A DNA stretch of 64,000 nucleotides, from positions 1,916,704 through 1,980,703 of the forward strand of contig OY968770.1 in assembly GCA_963695245.1 (NCBI GenBank). The letters run 5' to 3'. A model generated the notes under the pieces. That model worked only from the letters and a program-made list of their open reading frames with translations, was not told where the DNA came from and ran no database searches. Both the position numbers and the translations under genes were made by a program. Numbering within the stretch: the first letter of the stretch is position 1; the number at the start of each line of letters is the position of its first letter. Shown piece by piece: positions 9,866 to 20,279 of this stretch. Source of the stretch: an uncultured Gammaproteobacteria bacterium (GTDB taxonomy: Bacteria > Pseudomonadota > Gammaproteobacteria > JBGSLN01).

Positions 9866-10801
9866 ATGAGTGTTAAAAGAGCAGCCGTGTTTCCTGGTCA
9901 GGGTTCACAGTCTGTGGGTATGATTTCTGAAATGTATCAGGATTATCCTGAAACTAAAACCTATTTTGACGAAGCTTCAGAAGTACTGGGTTATGACCTT
10001 TTCAAACTGGTTCAAAACGGACCAGAGTCTGAATTAAACCAAACACAGGTAACTCAGCCTGCCATGCTGGTAGCTGGATATGCCTGCTGGCAAGCATGGT
10101 GTAAAGAAGGTGGTGAACAACCAGCCATTGTTGCAGGACACTCTTTAGGTGAATACACAGCTTTAGTAGCCGCAGGTGCTATTGCCTTTACAGATGCAGT
10201 AAAGTTGGTTTCTTTACGAGGACAATATATGCGTGATGCAGTTGCTGAAAAAGGAGGTTCTATGGCTGCCATTGTTGGATTAGATGATGGTCGTATTGAA
10301 GAAATTTGCAGAGATGTTTCAGCTAAAAGCAGCCAAATTGTTAAGCCAGCTAATTATAATTCTATTGGTCAGGTGGTCATTGCAGGACATGAACAAGCCG
10401 TTGAAAAAGCCATCGAGCAAGCAAACGCTGCAGGCGCCAGACTGGCTAAAATTTTACCTGTGAGTGTACCTTGTCACTGTCCTTTAATGGAACCTGCGTC
10501 TGAGTCCCTCTCACGAGCTTTAGAATCAACAACCATACATCAACCGAAAATTCCCGTTTTAAATAATGTGGATGCCAAATTTTACAGCAATGTTGAATCA
10601 ATTAAAGAAGGATTGGTAAGACAACTTTACTCACCAGTACGCTGGGTTGAGTCTGTATTGAAAATGCAAGAAGATCGGGTGGAATCAATTATGGAGATCG
10701 GACCTGGCAACGTTCTGGTGGGTTTAATAAGACGTATCGATCGAAGCTTAAAACCTTTTTCCATTCACAACAAAGCATCCATTCAATCTGCACTGAGTTA
10801 A
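9866..10801 (+). CDS. fabD: Malonyl-CoA:ACP transacylase
   Basis: FPGQGSQ, GHSLGEY, ANYNS..QVVI motifs; start set at the ATG at 9866 behind a GGGGG RBS. Confidence 0.96.
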   Translation: MSVKRAAVFPGQGSQSVGMISEMYQDYPETKTYFDEASEVLGYDLFKLVQNGPESELNQTQVTQPAMLVAGYACWQAWCKEGGEQPAIVAGHSLGEYTALVAAGAIAFTDAVKLVSLRGQYMRDAVAEKGGSMAAIVGLDDGRIEEICRDVSAKSSQIVKPANYNSIGQVVIAGHEQAVEKAIEQANAAGARLAKILPVSVPCHCPLMEPASESLSRALESTTIHQPKIPVLNNVDAKFYSNVESIKEGLVRQLYSPVRWVESVLKMQEDRVESIMEIGPGNVLVGLIRRIDRSLKPFSIHNKASIQSALS

Positions 10802-10815
10802 TCTGGAGTTTAATT

Positions 10816-11562
10816 ATGAGTTCTTTAAATGATAAAGTTGCATTAGTCACAGGCGCTAGCCGTGGGATTGGTTATGCAATTGCAAAAAAACTGGCTGAAT
10901 CAGGGGCGATGGTTATTGGTACAGCCACAAGTGATGCTAATGCCGCAAAAATAGAAGAAAAAATGAAAGCCGATGGCCTTGAGGCAAAAGGAATTGTTTT
11001 AAATGTAACAGATCCAGACTCTATTACTAGCGCTATGGCTTCTATCATCGCTGATGTAGGCCAACCTCAGATTTTAGTTAATAACGCTGGCATTACCCGT
11101 GATAATCTTTCATTAAGAATGAAAGATGAAGAATGGAATGAAGTCATTGATACAAATTTAAATTCCATTTACCGGGTAACCAAAGCCTGCTTAAGAGGCA
11201 TGCTTAAAAAACGATGGGGTAGAATTATTTCAATTACTTCTGTCATTGGCTGCACAGGAAACCTTGGTCAATCCAACTATGCCGCAGCCAAAGCCGGGAT
11301 TATTGGTTTTAGTAAATCCTTAGCTCAAGAGCTTGCCAGTCGTAACATTACCGTTAACACGGTGGCGCCAGGTTTTATTGATACTGATATGACCAGTAGT
11401 ATGGAAGAAGCTCATAAAGAATTGATTTTGCAACAAATTCCTGCAGCCCGTATGGGCACCCCAGAGGATATCGCATATGCCGTTGACTTTCTGGCTTCTG
11501 AAGCTGCAGCATATATTACTGGAACCACTTTACATGTTAATGGTGGTATGTATATGAACTAA
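10816..11562 (+). CDS. fabG: 3-oxoacyl-ACP reductase
   Basis: TGASRGIG, NNAGITRDN, YAAAK motifs. Confidence 0.97.
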   Translation: MSSLNDKVALVTGASRGIGYAIAKKLAESGAMVIGTATSDANAAKIEEKMKADGLEAKGIVLNVTDPDSITSAMASIIADVGQPQILVNNAGITRDNLSLRMKDEEWNEVIDTNLNSIYRVTKACLRGMLKKRWGRIISITSVIGCTGNLGQSNYAAAKAGIIGFSKSLAQELASRNITVNTVAPGFIDTDMTSSMEEAHKELILQQIPAARMGTPEDIAYAVDFLASEAAAYITGTTLHVNGGMYMN

Positions 11563-11787
11563 AACCTGCAGATTGCATGAATACTTTAAGAAAAATCTCA
11601 GATAAAAGTACTCGCAGTCAATCGCAAGGTATGAGAGAATTACAAACTGTCAAAACTAAGCAAAAAATGGTAATCATGACTTGAAAGTTTTGAAAAAATG
11701 AATAAACTAAAGCCTGCTTACATGCGCTAGTATCGATGTGTGTAAACAGGTTAATTTTGATGCAGATATTATTAAATGAGGTGACTA

Positions 11788-12039
11788 ATGAGTACAGTTG
11801 AGCAAAGAGTAAAGAAGATTGTATCTGAGCAATTGGGCGTTAAAGAAGAGGAAGTAACCAATGAAGCATTGTTTGTTGATGATTTAGGTGCTGACTCTTT
11901 AGACACAGTTGAATTGGTTATGGCTTTAGAAGAAGAATTTGAAACAGAAATTCCTGATGAAAAAGCTGAAAAAATTGAGACCGTTCAAGATGCAATTAAT
12001 TACATCAATGAACATTTAAATAAAGAAGAAACTGCATAA
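11788..12039 (+). CDS. acpP: Acyl carrier protein
   Basis: [20 protein letters not shown]. Confidence 0.98.
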   Translation: MSTVEQRVKKIVSEQLGVKEEEVTNEALFVDDLGADSLDTVELVMALEEEFETEIPDEKAEKIETVQDAINYINEHLNKEETA

Positions 12040-12076
12040 TTCTCAGTTATAATAATCATAGGTTAGGTATCCAAAA

Positions 12077-13315
12077 GTGGCAAAAAAACGAGTTGTAGTT
12101 ACAGGACTTGGTCTTATCAGTCCATTAGGTTTGAATGTATCTGAATCCTGGAATAATGCGCTTAAAGGTATCTCAGGAGTGCAAAAAGTCACAGCTTTTG
12201 ATTTAGGCGATATTCCTGTATCCATTGCTGCCTGTGTTAAGAACTTTGATGCAACCCAACATATGCCGGCTAAAGATGTCAAAAAATCCGATGTTTTTAT
12301 TCAGTATGGTATTGCTGCTGCCGATGAAGCTTTTAGCGATTCAGGACTTCAAATTAATGAGTCCAACGAATATCGGGCAGGGGTAGCCATTGGTTCTGGT
12401 ATTGGCGGTTTACCTATGATTGAGTCTATGAATAATACCTTAAGGCAAAGTGGCGCTCGTAGGATCTCACCTTTTTTTGTTCCTGGCGCTATTATCAATA
12501 TGGTGTCCGGGCAGGTTTCTATGAAGTATGGTCTTAAAGGTCCTAATATTGCCGTAGTCAGTGCTTGTACCACAGGTACCCACAATATTGGTTACGCGGC
12601 CAGAACCATTGCTTACGGTGATGCTGATGTAATGCTAGCCGGTGGGGCTGAAATGGCAACTTGTCCCATGGGTCTTGCGGGTTTTGCAGCCTCAAGAGCG
12701 CTTTCACGGCGTAATGATTCTCCAGAGCAGGCCAGTCGCCCTTGGGATAAAGACAGAGATGGCTTTGTTTTAGGTGAAGGAGCCGCAGTACTGGTTCTTG
12801 AAGAGTATGAACACGCTAAAGCCCGTGGTGCGAAAATTTATGCAGAGCTGGCAGGTTTTGGTATGAGTAGTGATGCTTATCATATTACATCGCCTGATAA
12901 AGAAGGTCGAGGTTTTATCAAATCCATGCAAAATGCTCTGAATGATGCTCAATTAAATCCTGAAGCGGTTGATTATGTTAATGCCCATGCAACAGCTACT
13001 CAAGCAGGTGATTTACTTGAATCTGATGCTGTTAAGAAAACTTTTGGTGCACACGCTTACGAACTTTGTGTTAGCTCAACCAAATCAATGACAGGACACC
13101 TTTTGGGTGCAGCTGGCGCAGCTGAGGCAATTTTTAGCATTCAGTCCATTTGTGAAAATGTCATCGCCCCTACAATTAATCTTGATAATCCAGATGAAGG
13201 CTGCGACTTAAATTATGTTCCTCATGAAGCACAAACACGAAAAGTTAATGTGGCACTGTCTAACTCTTTTGGATTTGGTGGCACAAACGGAACTTTAATA
13301 TTTTCTAAAGTATAA
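12077..13315 (+). CDS. fabF: 3-oxoacyl-ACP synthase II
   Basis: RRVVVTGLG, SACTTG, NAHAT, GHLLGAAG, NSFGFGGTN. Confidence 0.96.
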   Translation: MAKKRVVVTGLGLISPLGLNVSESWNNALKGISGVQKVTAFDLGDIPVSIAACVKNFDATQHMPAKDVKKSDVFIQYGIAAADEAFSDSGLQINESNEYRAGVAIGSGIGGLPMIESMNNTLRQSGARRISPFFVPGAIINMVSGQVSMKYGLKGPNIAVVSACTTGTHNIGYAARTIAYGDADVMLAGGAEMATCPMGLAGFAASRALSRRNDSPEQASRPWDKDRDGFVLGEGAAVLVLEEYEHAKARGAKIYAELAGFGMSSDAYHITSPDKEGRGFIKSMQNALNDAQLNPEAVDYVNAHATATQAGDLLESDAVKKTFGAHAYELCVSSTKSMTGHLLGAAGAAEAIFSIQSICENVIAPTINLDNPDEGCDLNYVPHEAQTRKVNVALSNSFGFGGTNGTLIFSKV

Positions 13316-14167
13316 ATGCAAAAACTGCCTCTTTTTTATACTGAGGGTCAGTTCATAGAACAGTTATCTATTATGGATCGTAGTATTCATTATGGAGATG
13401 GATTGTTTGAGACCCTCTTGATTGATAATTATAAGCCAATTTTTTTATCAGAACATTTAGAAAGGCTACATAGCGATGCGCAAAAGCTAAAAATACCTGT
13501 TTCATCTCCTGATGAATTAAGACAGTCTACTGATACCTTTATTAAAAAATTTAATGTTAAGTCAGCAATTGTAAAAATTTTACTTACGCGCGGTGAAGGC
13601 ACAAGAGGTTATACCCCTAACTTTCAAATGCCAGCAAGACTTATTTTTGCAGCCTATCCAATGATTGACATTAATCCAGAGTATTACCAGCAAGGTGTTA
13701 ATCTTTACATATGCAATACGCCTATGGGTTTGAATCCAGTTTTGGCAGGCATAAAACATATGAACAGGCTCGAGCAGGTTATGGCAGCTGCAGAATTTTC
13801 TCAGCTTGATTTTTATGAAGGACTCATGCGAGATACCAATGGTAACTTTATTGAAGGCACTAAAAGCAATGTATTTATCGTTCAAAATAAGACTTTATTG
13901 ACTCCATCTTTACTATATTCAGGCGTAAAAGGCATAATGCGCCAAAAAGTGTTAATGCTCGCTGCTAAAGCAGGTATTAAAACGCGAGTAATGGCATTAA
14001 CTGAAAAGCAGTTACTTGAAGCACAAGAGGTTTTCATCTGCAATAGCATACAAAATATTTTACCGGTAAAATCCATCATGCAGCAGGCATTCAACAAAGG
14101 TGAATTAACCAAAATAATGATGCAATTATTAAAACAGGAAATCAAAACTCATGATGTCCATGCGTAA
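13316..14167 (+). CDS. pabC: Aminodeoxychorismate lyase
   Basis: YGDGLFET, GIKHMNRLEQV, EGTKSNVF; canonical position after fabF. Confidence 0.9.
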   Translation: MQKLPLFYTEGQFIEQLSIMDRSIHYGDGLFETLLIDNYKPIFLSEHLERLHSDAQKLKIPVSSPDELRQSTDTFIKKFNVKSAIVKILLTRGEGTRGYTPNFQMPARLIFAAYPMIDINPEYYQQGVNLYICNTPMGLNPVLAGIKHMNRLEQVMAAAEFSQLDFYEGLMRDTNGNFIEGTKSNVFIVQNKTLLTPSLLYSGVKGIMRQKVLMLAAKAGIKTRVMALTEKQLLEAQEVFICNSIQNILPVKSIMQQAFNKGELTKIMMQLLKQEIKTHDVHA

Positions 14168-15200
14168 ATTATATTATACAGTCGGCACAATACTATTAAT
14201 ATTACTCATAGCCCTTGGTTATGGTTTTCTACAATTTAGAAACTTCTTACGTACGCCAGTCATCAGTCATCAGCAAAATTTTTATTTTATTTTAACACCG
14301 GGCAACACCATCCATACTGTTGCGGATGCTTTACAGCAAAAAGCAAACTTAAAACATCCTCTTTTTTTAGTCTGGTATGTTCAGTTAACGGGAGTATCTA
14401 AGGCTTTAAAAGCAGGCGAGTATGACATTAAAGGTCCTAAAACCATTCGTCAGGTTTTAAATGTCTTCATTAAAGGACGGGTAGTTACACACAAAGTTAC
14501 TTTTATAGAGGGCCATACTTTTGCTCAAGTAAAAGCAAAGCTTGCCAGGCTTAAAAATATCAAACATGAGTTAAGTTATTTATCAAAACAATCTTTGCTT
14601 TCAATGTTCCAAAGTAAACAAAAACATTTAGAGGGATTATTTTTTCCTGATACTTATCAATATACTTATGGTGTCAGTGACATTTCTATTCTTAAGCGAG
14701 CCCAGCAAAGATTACAAAAAGTTTTACAGCAGAACTGGAACCAACGAGCAAAAAACCTACCGTATAAATCACCTTATGATGCTTTAATCGTTGCATCTTT
14801 AGTAGAAAAAGAATCAGCCTTAAAATCGGAGCAGGCTTTAATTGCCGGTGTAATTATCAATCGCTTAAAAAAGCATATGTTTTTACAAATTGATCCTACG
14901 GTAATCTACGGTGCTGGAAAAGATTATCAAGGCACCATCACCCTCGCTGACTTAAGGGCTGATAATCCTTATAACACATATGTTCATAAAGGATTACCAC
15001 CAACGCCCATTTGTCTACCGGGTGAAGATGCTATCCACGCAGCTTTAAATCCTACCAATACACAGTACTTGTATTTTGTATCTAAAGGTAATGGGAGCCA
15101 TGCATTTTCTACTTCATTAAAGCAACATGATAAGAACATTAAAAAATATATTTTAAATAAACCACAAAACATAAATACTCATGAGCATCAAAACAGCTAA
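14151..15200 (+). CDS. mltG: Endolytic transglycosylase MltG (YceG)
   Basis: LEGLFFPDTY, ASLVEKES, LQIDPTVIYG, NPYNTY..GLPPTPI. Confidence 0.95.
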   Translation: MMSMRKLYYTVGTILLILLIALGYGFLQFRNFLRTPVISHQQNFYFILTPGNTIHTVADALQQKANLKHPLFLVWYVQLTGVSKALKAGEYDIKGPKTIRQVLNVFIKGRVVTHKVTFIEGHTFAQVKAKLARLKNIKHELSYLSKQSLLSMFQSKQKHLEGLFFPDTYQYTYGVSDISILKRAQQRLQKVLQQNWNQRAKNLPYKSPYDALIVASLVEKESALKSEQALIAGVIINRLKKHMFLQIDPTVIYGAGKDYQGTITLADLRADNPYNTYVHKGLPPTPICLPGEDAIHAALNPTNTQYLYFVSKGNGSHAFSTSLKQHDKNIKKYILNKPQNINTHEHQNS

Positions 15201-15819
15201 ATTTATTACCGTAGAAGGGATTGAAGGTGTTGGTAAATCCACTTTAATTAAGAAGATTCATAAATTTTTACAAAATAGTGAAATCGAGCATATTCTCACC
15301 CGTGAGCCAGGTGGAACTGAAATTGCTGAAAATATTAGAACAGTCATGTTACAGCATTATGAAGAAACCATGTGCCATGAGACTGAGTTATTACTAGCCT
15401 TTGCAGGTAGGGCGCAGCATTTACATCAGGTCATACGTCCTGCTTTGGAAAAAGGTCAGTGGGTCATATGTGATAGATTTACTGATGCTACATTTGCTTA
15501 TCAAGGCGGAGGGCGCAAAATTCCGGCAACTAAAATTGAGTTTCTAAAAAACTGGGTACATCCAGATCTTATGCCTGATTTGACCTTACTATTACATGCA
15601 CCTGTTGAGGTCGCCTTAAGTCGAGCAAAAGGCCGGGCAAGCCCAGATCGCATTGAGTTAGAAAAAAAAGCGTTTTTTGAAGACACTCAAAATGTTTACT
15701 TTGAATTGGCAAAACATTCTCCTGAGCGCTTCAAACTCATTAATGCTAATCAATCTCCCAAGCATGTGTATGAAAACCTAAAAGCAATTTTGAATGAGTA
15801 TCTCAGTCATGCAAAATGA
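15181..15819 (+). CDS. tmk: Thymidylate kinase
   Basis: FITVEGIEGVGKST, TREPGGT, CDRFTDATFAYQGGGR. Confidence 0.96.
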   Translation: MSIKTAKFITVEGIEGVGKSTLIKKIHKFLQNSEIEHILTREPGGTEIAENIRTVMLQHYEETMCHETELLLAFAGRAQHLHQVIRPALEKGQWVICDRFTDATFAYQGGGRKIPATKIEFLKNWVHPDLMPDLTLLLHAPVEVALSRAKGRASPDRIELEKKAFFEDTQNVYFELAKHSPERFKLINANQSPKHVYENLKAILNEYLSHAK

Positions 15820-16771
15820 AATTTTTTTCTGGCAGGAAAAAAACTGGCAATTTATGCTGGATGCCATCAATAACGACAAATTAACCCACGGTTTGTTGCT
15901 CAAAGGATTACCTGGCCTTGGCAAGGCTCAGTTTGCGGCTTCACTTTGTCAATATATCCTTTGCGATACACTAGATAAATCGTCCAGAAAGTCAGCTTGC
16001 AATCACTGTCACTCCTGCCATTTATTCCAAGAGGGAAACCACCCTGATCATATTGAGATTTTTCCTGCGGAAAATAAACAAACTATTACCACAGCTCAGA
16101 TAAAAACACAGCTTGAAAAAATGAATCTCTCAAGCTATAACAAAGGCGCTAAGATATGTGTCATTAAACCCGCAGAAGCAATGAATCAATTTGCGGCCAA
16201 CGCCTTACTAAAAACGCTTGAAGAGCCAGTATCAGCAAAAACACTGTTTATTTTAGTTACTGATGCCATAGAATTTTTGCTGCCAACAATTCGTAGTCGT
16301 GTACAGCATTTGAGTTTTACAGCACCACCCAAAAACAAAACCCTTTGCTGGTTAGAAACCCAAAACTGCGTACAAGATCAAACATCTCTTGAATTGGCTC
16401 TTACTTTGGCAAACCAATCCCCTTTATTGACTTTAGAGATTTTAGAAGACAAAGCTGCAGGAATTTTAATTGAGTTTTATCAATATTTAGAAACTCTATG
16501 GCATGAAAAAACAAAAAATTTTAATGAAAATGCGTTAAAAATATTTCAAGCATTAGATTTAAAGCAAATTTTGCAGGTAATGCAAATTTTTATTTTAAAC
16601 CTCATAAAAAACAGAACCTTCGAGTCTGTTCAAAAATTAAAACTTTATGAGTTACAAAAAGATCTTATACAAAGTAAAAGTACGGTTAAGAAAAATATTT
16701 CTTTAAATACTGCTTTGGTTCTAGAGGCGTATTTGATTAAAATACAAAATATTGCAGTTTTGCGAGGATAA
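15794..16771 (+). CDS. holB: DNA polymerase III subunit delta'
   Basis: HGLLLKGLPGLGK, CNHCHSC..GNHPD, AANALLKTLEEP, LLPTIRSR. Confidence 0.93.
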   Translation: MSISVMQNEIFFWQEKNWQFMLDAINNDKLTHGLLLKGLPGLGKAQFAASLCQYILCDTLDKSSRKSACNHCHSCHLFQEGNHPDHIEIFPAENKQTITTAQIKTQLEKMNLSSYNKGAKICVIKPAEAMNQFAANALLKTLEEPVSAKTLFILVTDAIEFLLPTIRSRVQHLSFTAPPKNKTLCWLETQNCVQDQTSLELALTLANQSPLLTLEILEDKAAGILIEFYQYLETLWHEKTKNFNENALKIFQALDLKQILQVMQIFILNLIKNRTFESVQKLKLYELQKDLIQSKSTVKKNISLNTALVLEAYLIKIQNIAVLRG

Positions 16772-16775
16772 CGCT

Positions 16776-17546
16776 ATGTTAATTGATTCACACTGTCATT
16801 TACATTTACTTGACTTATCCATTCATAATCATCAAATGGACACTGTGCTTAAAAAAGCAAAGGCTTTGGGCGTAGAAAAATTTTTATGCGTGGCCATTAA
16901 CCTTGAGAGTCACGAGACCTTAGCAACATTGGTTAAGCAGTTTGAAGAGATTTATATCAGCGCTGGCGTTCATCCCAGTGAGTCCCCAAAAAAAGCGATT
17001 GACCTTAATTTATTACAGCAACAGGCACAGCACGAAAAAGTTGTTGCCGTCGGTGAAACTGGCTTAGATTATCATTACAATGAAGGTGACTTAAGCTGGC
17101 AAAGACAGCGGTTTGCTCATCATATTCAAATTGCACGAAAGGTTCAAAAGCCCGTAATCATTCATACACGCGATGCAAAAAAAGATACCATCGAGATCAT
17201 GCAAACAGAAAAAATATTCGAGTGCGGTGCTGTGATGCACTGCTTTACCGAAACTTGGGAGATGGCAAAACAGGCTATGGATTTAGGCGCTTATATTTCT
17301 TTTTCCGGTATCGTGACATTCAAAAATGCTCGAGCATTACAAGAAGTTGCTAAAAAAATGCCTTTAGATAGAATTTTGGTAGAAACTGACTGTCCTTATC
17401 TCACACCAGTTCCTTATCGCGGTAAACCCAATGAACCAGGGTATACCCGATATGTTGCCGAGTTTTTGGCTGAACTTAGAAGTGAATCTTTTGAAAAAGT
17501 CGCTGCTGTAACCACTGAAAACTGTCAAAAGCTTTTTAAAATTTAA
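16776..17546 (+). CDS. tatD: TatD family hydrolase (YcfH)
   Basis: LIDSHCHL, VGETGLDY, IIHTRDA, HCFT, ETDCPYL; start set at 16776. Confidence 0.93.
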   Translation: MLIDSHCHLHLLDLSIHNHQMDTVLKKAKALGVEKFLCVAINLESHETLATLVKQFEEIYISAGVHPSESPKKAIDLNLLQQQAQHEKVVAVGETGLDYHYNEGDLSWQRQRFAHHIQIARKVQKPVIIHTRDAKKDTIEIMQTEKIFECGAVMHCFTETWEMAKQAMDLGAYISFSGIVTFKNARALQEVAKKMPLDRILVETDCPYLTPVPYRGKPNEPGYTRYVAEFLAELRSESFEKVAAVTTENCQKLFKI

Positions 17547-17555
17547 AGGACAATC

Positions 17556-18551
17556 ATGAAATTTATTTCAAAGATTAATCATATAACACTAACTTGTCGA
17601 AATTTGGCTGAATCCATTGAGTTTTATCAGAATATTTTGAAATTTACTCTTATTGCTACTTGGGAGCAGGGCGCCTATTTAGAATCTGGGGACGTATGGT
17701 TATGTCTTGAACGCTGTAAAGAAATTCATCGAACCCAAGGTGACAGTCATATTGCCTTTAACCTCTGTGAAGAAGTCTTTGATTATATCTGTGGCAATAT
17801 CGTAAAACATTCAATTAAGCAGTGGAAAAAAAATACTAGCGAAGGCCCTTCGCTTTATTTAGAAGATCCGGATGGCCACAAACTTGAACTTCATAGTGGC
17901 TCATTAGCATCAAGAATTGAATCTGTTAAAACTAAACCTTATTTAAATTTTCAATTACATTGTGAACCTAAAGCTCATTTGCCTGCGAAAAAAACCCTTT
18001 GCGGCATTCATACAAAGCTAGTTCCAACCGGTATACGCCATACCACAGGACTTTATGAGGCCGGCAATGATGAAAAAGTATGGCAGTGGCTACCACGCAG
18101 TCAATTTTTATCTGTTGATGACTGTCTTAACTGGTTAAACCAGGCTTTTCTACAAGAAAATGCTATGATTTTTACTATTTTCAATTCCGAAAATAAGATT
18201 GTTGGTTCCACTCGCTATCTGGACATCGATCTCAAAAATCAAAGCTTAGAAATTGGTTACAGTTGGCTTAACTCAAAACACTGGCGCAGTGGCGTTAATA
18301 CAGAAGCAAAGTTACTGTTACTTGAAAATGCTTTTGAAATATGGAATTTTCAACGGGTCAGTTTCAAAACAGATAAACGCAATACCCGCTCACAAAAAGC
18401 CATTGAGCGCATTGGTGCAACTTATGAAGGAACTTTTCGTGCTTCAATGAAATTACGTCAGGACTTTTGGCGAGACTCTGTTTATTACAGTATTATTGCC
18501 AGCGAATGGCCTACAGTTAAACAGAATTTGTATCAATTGTTAATGCAATAG
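17556..18551 (+). CDS. Fusion of FosA-like VOC glutathione transferase and RimJ/RimL-type GNAT acetyltransferase
   Basis: aa 1-130: NHITL, WEQGAYL, SHIAF, WKKNTSEG.SLY..DPDGHKLELH.GSL.SR (FosA-like); aa ~140-331: GSTRY, EIGYSWL, GVNTEAKLLLL, RNTRSQKAIERIGATYEG (Acetyltransf_3); one continuous frame. Confidence 0.85.
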   Translation: MKFISKINHITLTCRNLAESIEFYQNILKFTLIATWEQGAYLESGDVWLCLERCKEIHRTQGDSHIAFNLCEEVFDYICGNIVKHSIKQWKKNTSEGPSLYLEDPDGHKLELHSGSLASRIESVKTKPYLNFQLHCEPKAHLPAKKTLCGIHTKLVPTGIRHTTGLYEAGNDEKVWQWLPRSQFLSVDDCLNWLNQAFLQENAMIFTIFNSENKIVGSTRYLDIDLKNQSLEIGYSWLNSKHWRSGVNTEAKLLLLENAFEIWNFQRVSFKTDKRNTRSQKAIERIGATYEGTFRASMKLRQDFWRDSVYYSIIASEWPTVKQNLYQLLMQ

Positions 18552-18564
18552 GGTATATCGATTT

Positions 18565-19797
18565 TTATTCTTTTAATTCTTTATGTTGCGCGGAGCGATG
18601 GCGTTCCGCTAAAGTCACATCATTATATCGATCAGTTATATTACTGGAACTATGCCCAGCATCATCTCTTACGTGGGCGATAGGACGCCCACGTTTATTA
18701 ATATCATCAGAAATGCCAGTATGACGTAACCAGTGCACGGTAGCGGCTTTGAGTTGCTCTACTTCATCCTCAAAACCTTCGTGCTGCATTCTTTGAGTAG
18801 CTTTATCAAAGCATTTTTGTACAATCAGACGGATTTGTCGAGTATCTTTTAGGCCCGTAGGACTTTTAAGTGAGTGAATTAGTGGGGTTGTTTCATTTGG
18901 TAAAGGCAGTGCAGGGCTTAATTGCCGATGGGCTCTATAACGCTTAAGGGCTTTAAGCATATCCGGTGGAACACTAACATCTCTTTCTTTATTTCCTTTA
19001 CCTACAGTTTTAAACCACCAGTTACCATGACCATCCTGATAAAAATCACCCATTTGGGGCTGCCAACGATCATTGGCTCTTAATTCAGAAACCCGTAAAT
19101 ACAGCAGATAAAAAATACTCATGATAAATAAAGTCCTTTCATGCAATTCAGGGTTTTCAGATGCCATGATTTCTGCTGTTTCAATCACAAAGCTCCATTG
19201 CAGTTCAGTAAGTCGTCTTACAGGCCTTGAGTTTTGTTGTTTACGCTGATATTTACTCTTTTGGCGAATTTGAGCCACTGGATTGGCTTCAATGATAGTT
19301 TCATTCAGTAAATATTGATAAAAACTGCCCAAAGCTATAAATAAGCAAGAAATTGCCTGGTTGGAAAAATTAAACTGAGCGATTTTTTTATCCCGCCCTG
19401 ATTTTGTCTCTGCTTTTGTTGTTTTAACCACAAATAAACGCCAATCAGGATTGGGCAATCTTTGCCCCTGCCGAGTCACGAAGCGAGGGACTGTTTTTAA
19501 GCCAATCCAGTTTTTTGGTGGTTGATAACAAAAATTAATATATTGCTCAATATCCGCTCGTTTTAGTGTCAAAATCGAGCTTTCTTTAACATGCCAGGCC
19601 CATTGTAATAAGCGTTCTAATTCCCTTCGATAAGCATCAAAAGTGGATTGACTGCTGGCGTATTGAAATAAAAAATCTTTTACATAAAAAAAATCAGACT
19701 CAACAAATGCATATTCAGGAGACTTTGGAGCCAGTTGTTTTTTTAAAAACTGTAATGTATCTAAAATAGGAGCATGAGATAGTGCAATTTTTGGCAT
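18565..19797 (-). CDS. Site-specific tyrosine recombinase/integrase
   Basis: LRVSEL (Arg), GKGNKER (Lys), HWLRHT, GHSS..IT..Y catalytic motifs; N-terminal SAM-like domain. Confidence 0.9.
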   Translation of the reverse strand: MPKIALSHAPILDTLQFLKKQLAPKSPEYAFVESDFFYVKDFLFQYASSQSTFDAYRRELERLLQWAWHVKESSILTLKRADIEQYINFCYQPPKNWIGLKTVPRFVTRQGQRLPNPDWRLFVVKTTKAETKSGRDKKIAQFNFSNQAISCLFIALGSFYQYLLNETIIEANPVAQIRQKSKYQRKQQNSRPVRRLTELQWSFVIETAEIMASENPELHERTLFIMSIFYLLYLRVSELRANDRWQPQMGDFYQDGHGNWWFKTVGKGNKERDVSVPPDMLKALKRYRAHRQLSPALPLPNETTPLIHSLKSPTGLKDTRQIRLIVQKCFDKATQRMQHEGFEDEVEQLKAATVHWLRHTGISDDINKRGRPIAHVRDDAGHSSSNITDRYNDVTLAERHRSAQHKELKE

Positions 19798-19910
19798 TTT
19801 TTCAGCTATATAATAAAAATTCGATTATATACCTAAAATAGCTCAAGTTGCAGGATCTTTGACGATCATTGAATGTCCAGCTAAGAAATCTTGGCCACCA
19901 ACTAAGATCA

Positions 19911-20216
19911 TTAATCCAGTAAACTTTCTAATGCTTCTTTGGCACGAGCTAACTCTACTAATTTTTCATTTAAATTAGATATTTTTGCTGAAAGATCAGA
20001 TGGAATGTTTTTTTCTAAAATTTGTTTAATTTCATTCAAGCTAAATCCCAATTTCTGTGATGATTGGATAAAATGGAGCCTTTGAATCGCTGCACCTGTA
20101 TAACGTCGATAATTAGACGCAGTTCTTTGTGGTGCTTCTAAAAGTCCCATTCTTTCATAAAAGCGAATGGTTTCAATAGGCGTTTTAGTGGTTTTTGAAA
20201 GCTCACCAATTTTCAT
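19911..20216 (-). CDS. MerR-family transcriptional regulator, short and lacking cysteines
   Basis: MKIGELSK...ETIRFYERMGLL...SNYRRY...LGFSLNEIK. Confidence 0.85.
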   Translation of the reverse strand: MKIGELSKTTKTPIETIRFYERMGLLEAPQRTASNYRRYTGAAIQRLHFIQSSQKLGFSLNEIKQILEKNIPSDLSAKISNLNEKLVELARAKEALESLLD

Positions 20217-20248
20217 AGGTTTCTCTGTCTGTGATTTTTTAAGATTGT

Positions 20249-20279
20249 ATCATGCTATAAACATTGAGTTTAAAGTCAA
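20249..20279 (-). promoter_or_regulatory. Possible MerR-type promoter reading into the merR-like gene
   Basis: Minus strand TTGACT-N19-CATGAT with a TAAAC..GTTTA dyad in the spacer; an alternative -10 (TAGCAT, N16) is also possible. Confidence 0.3.
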
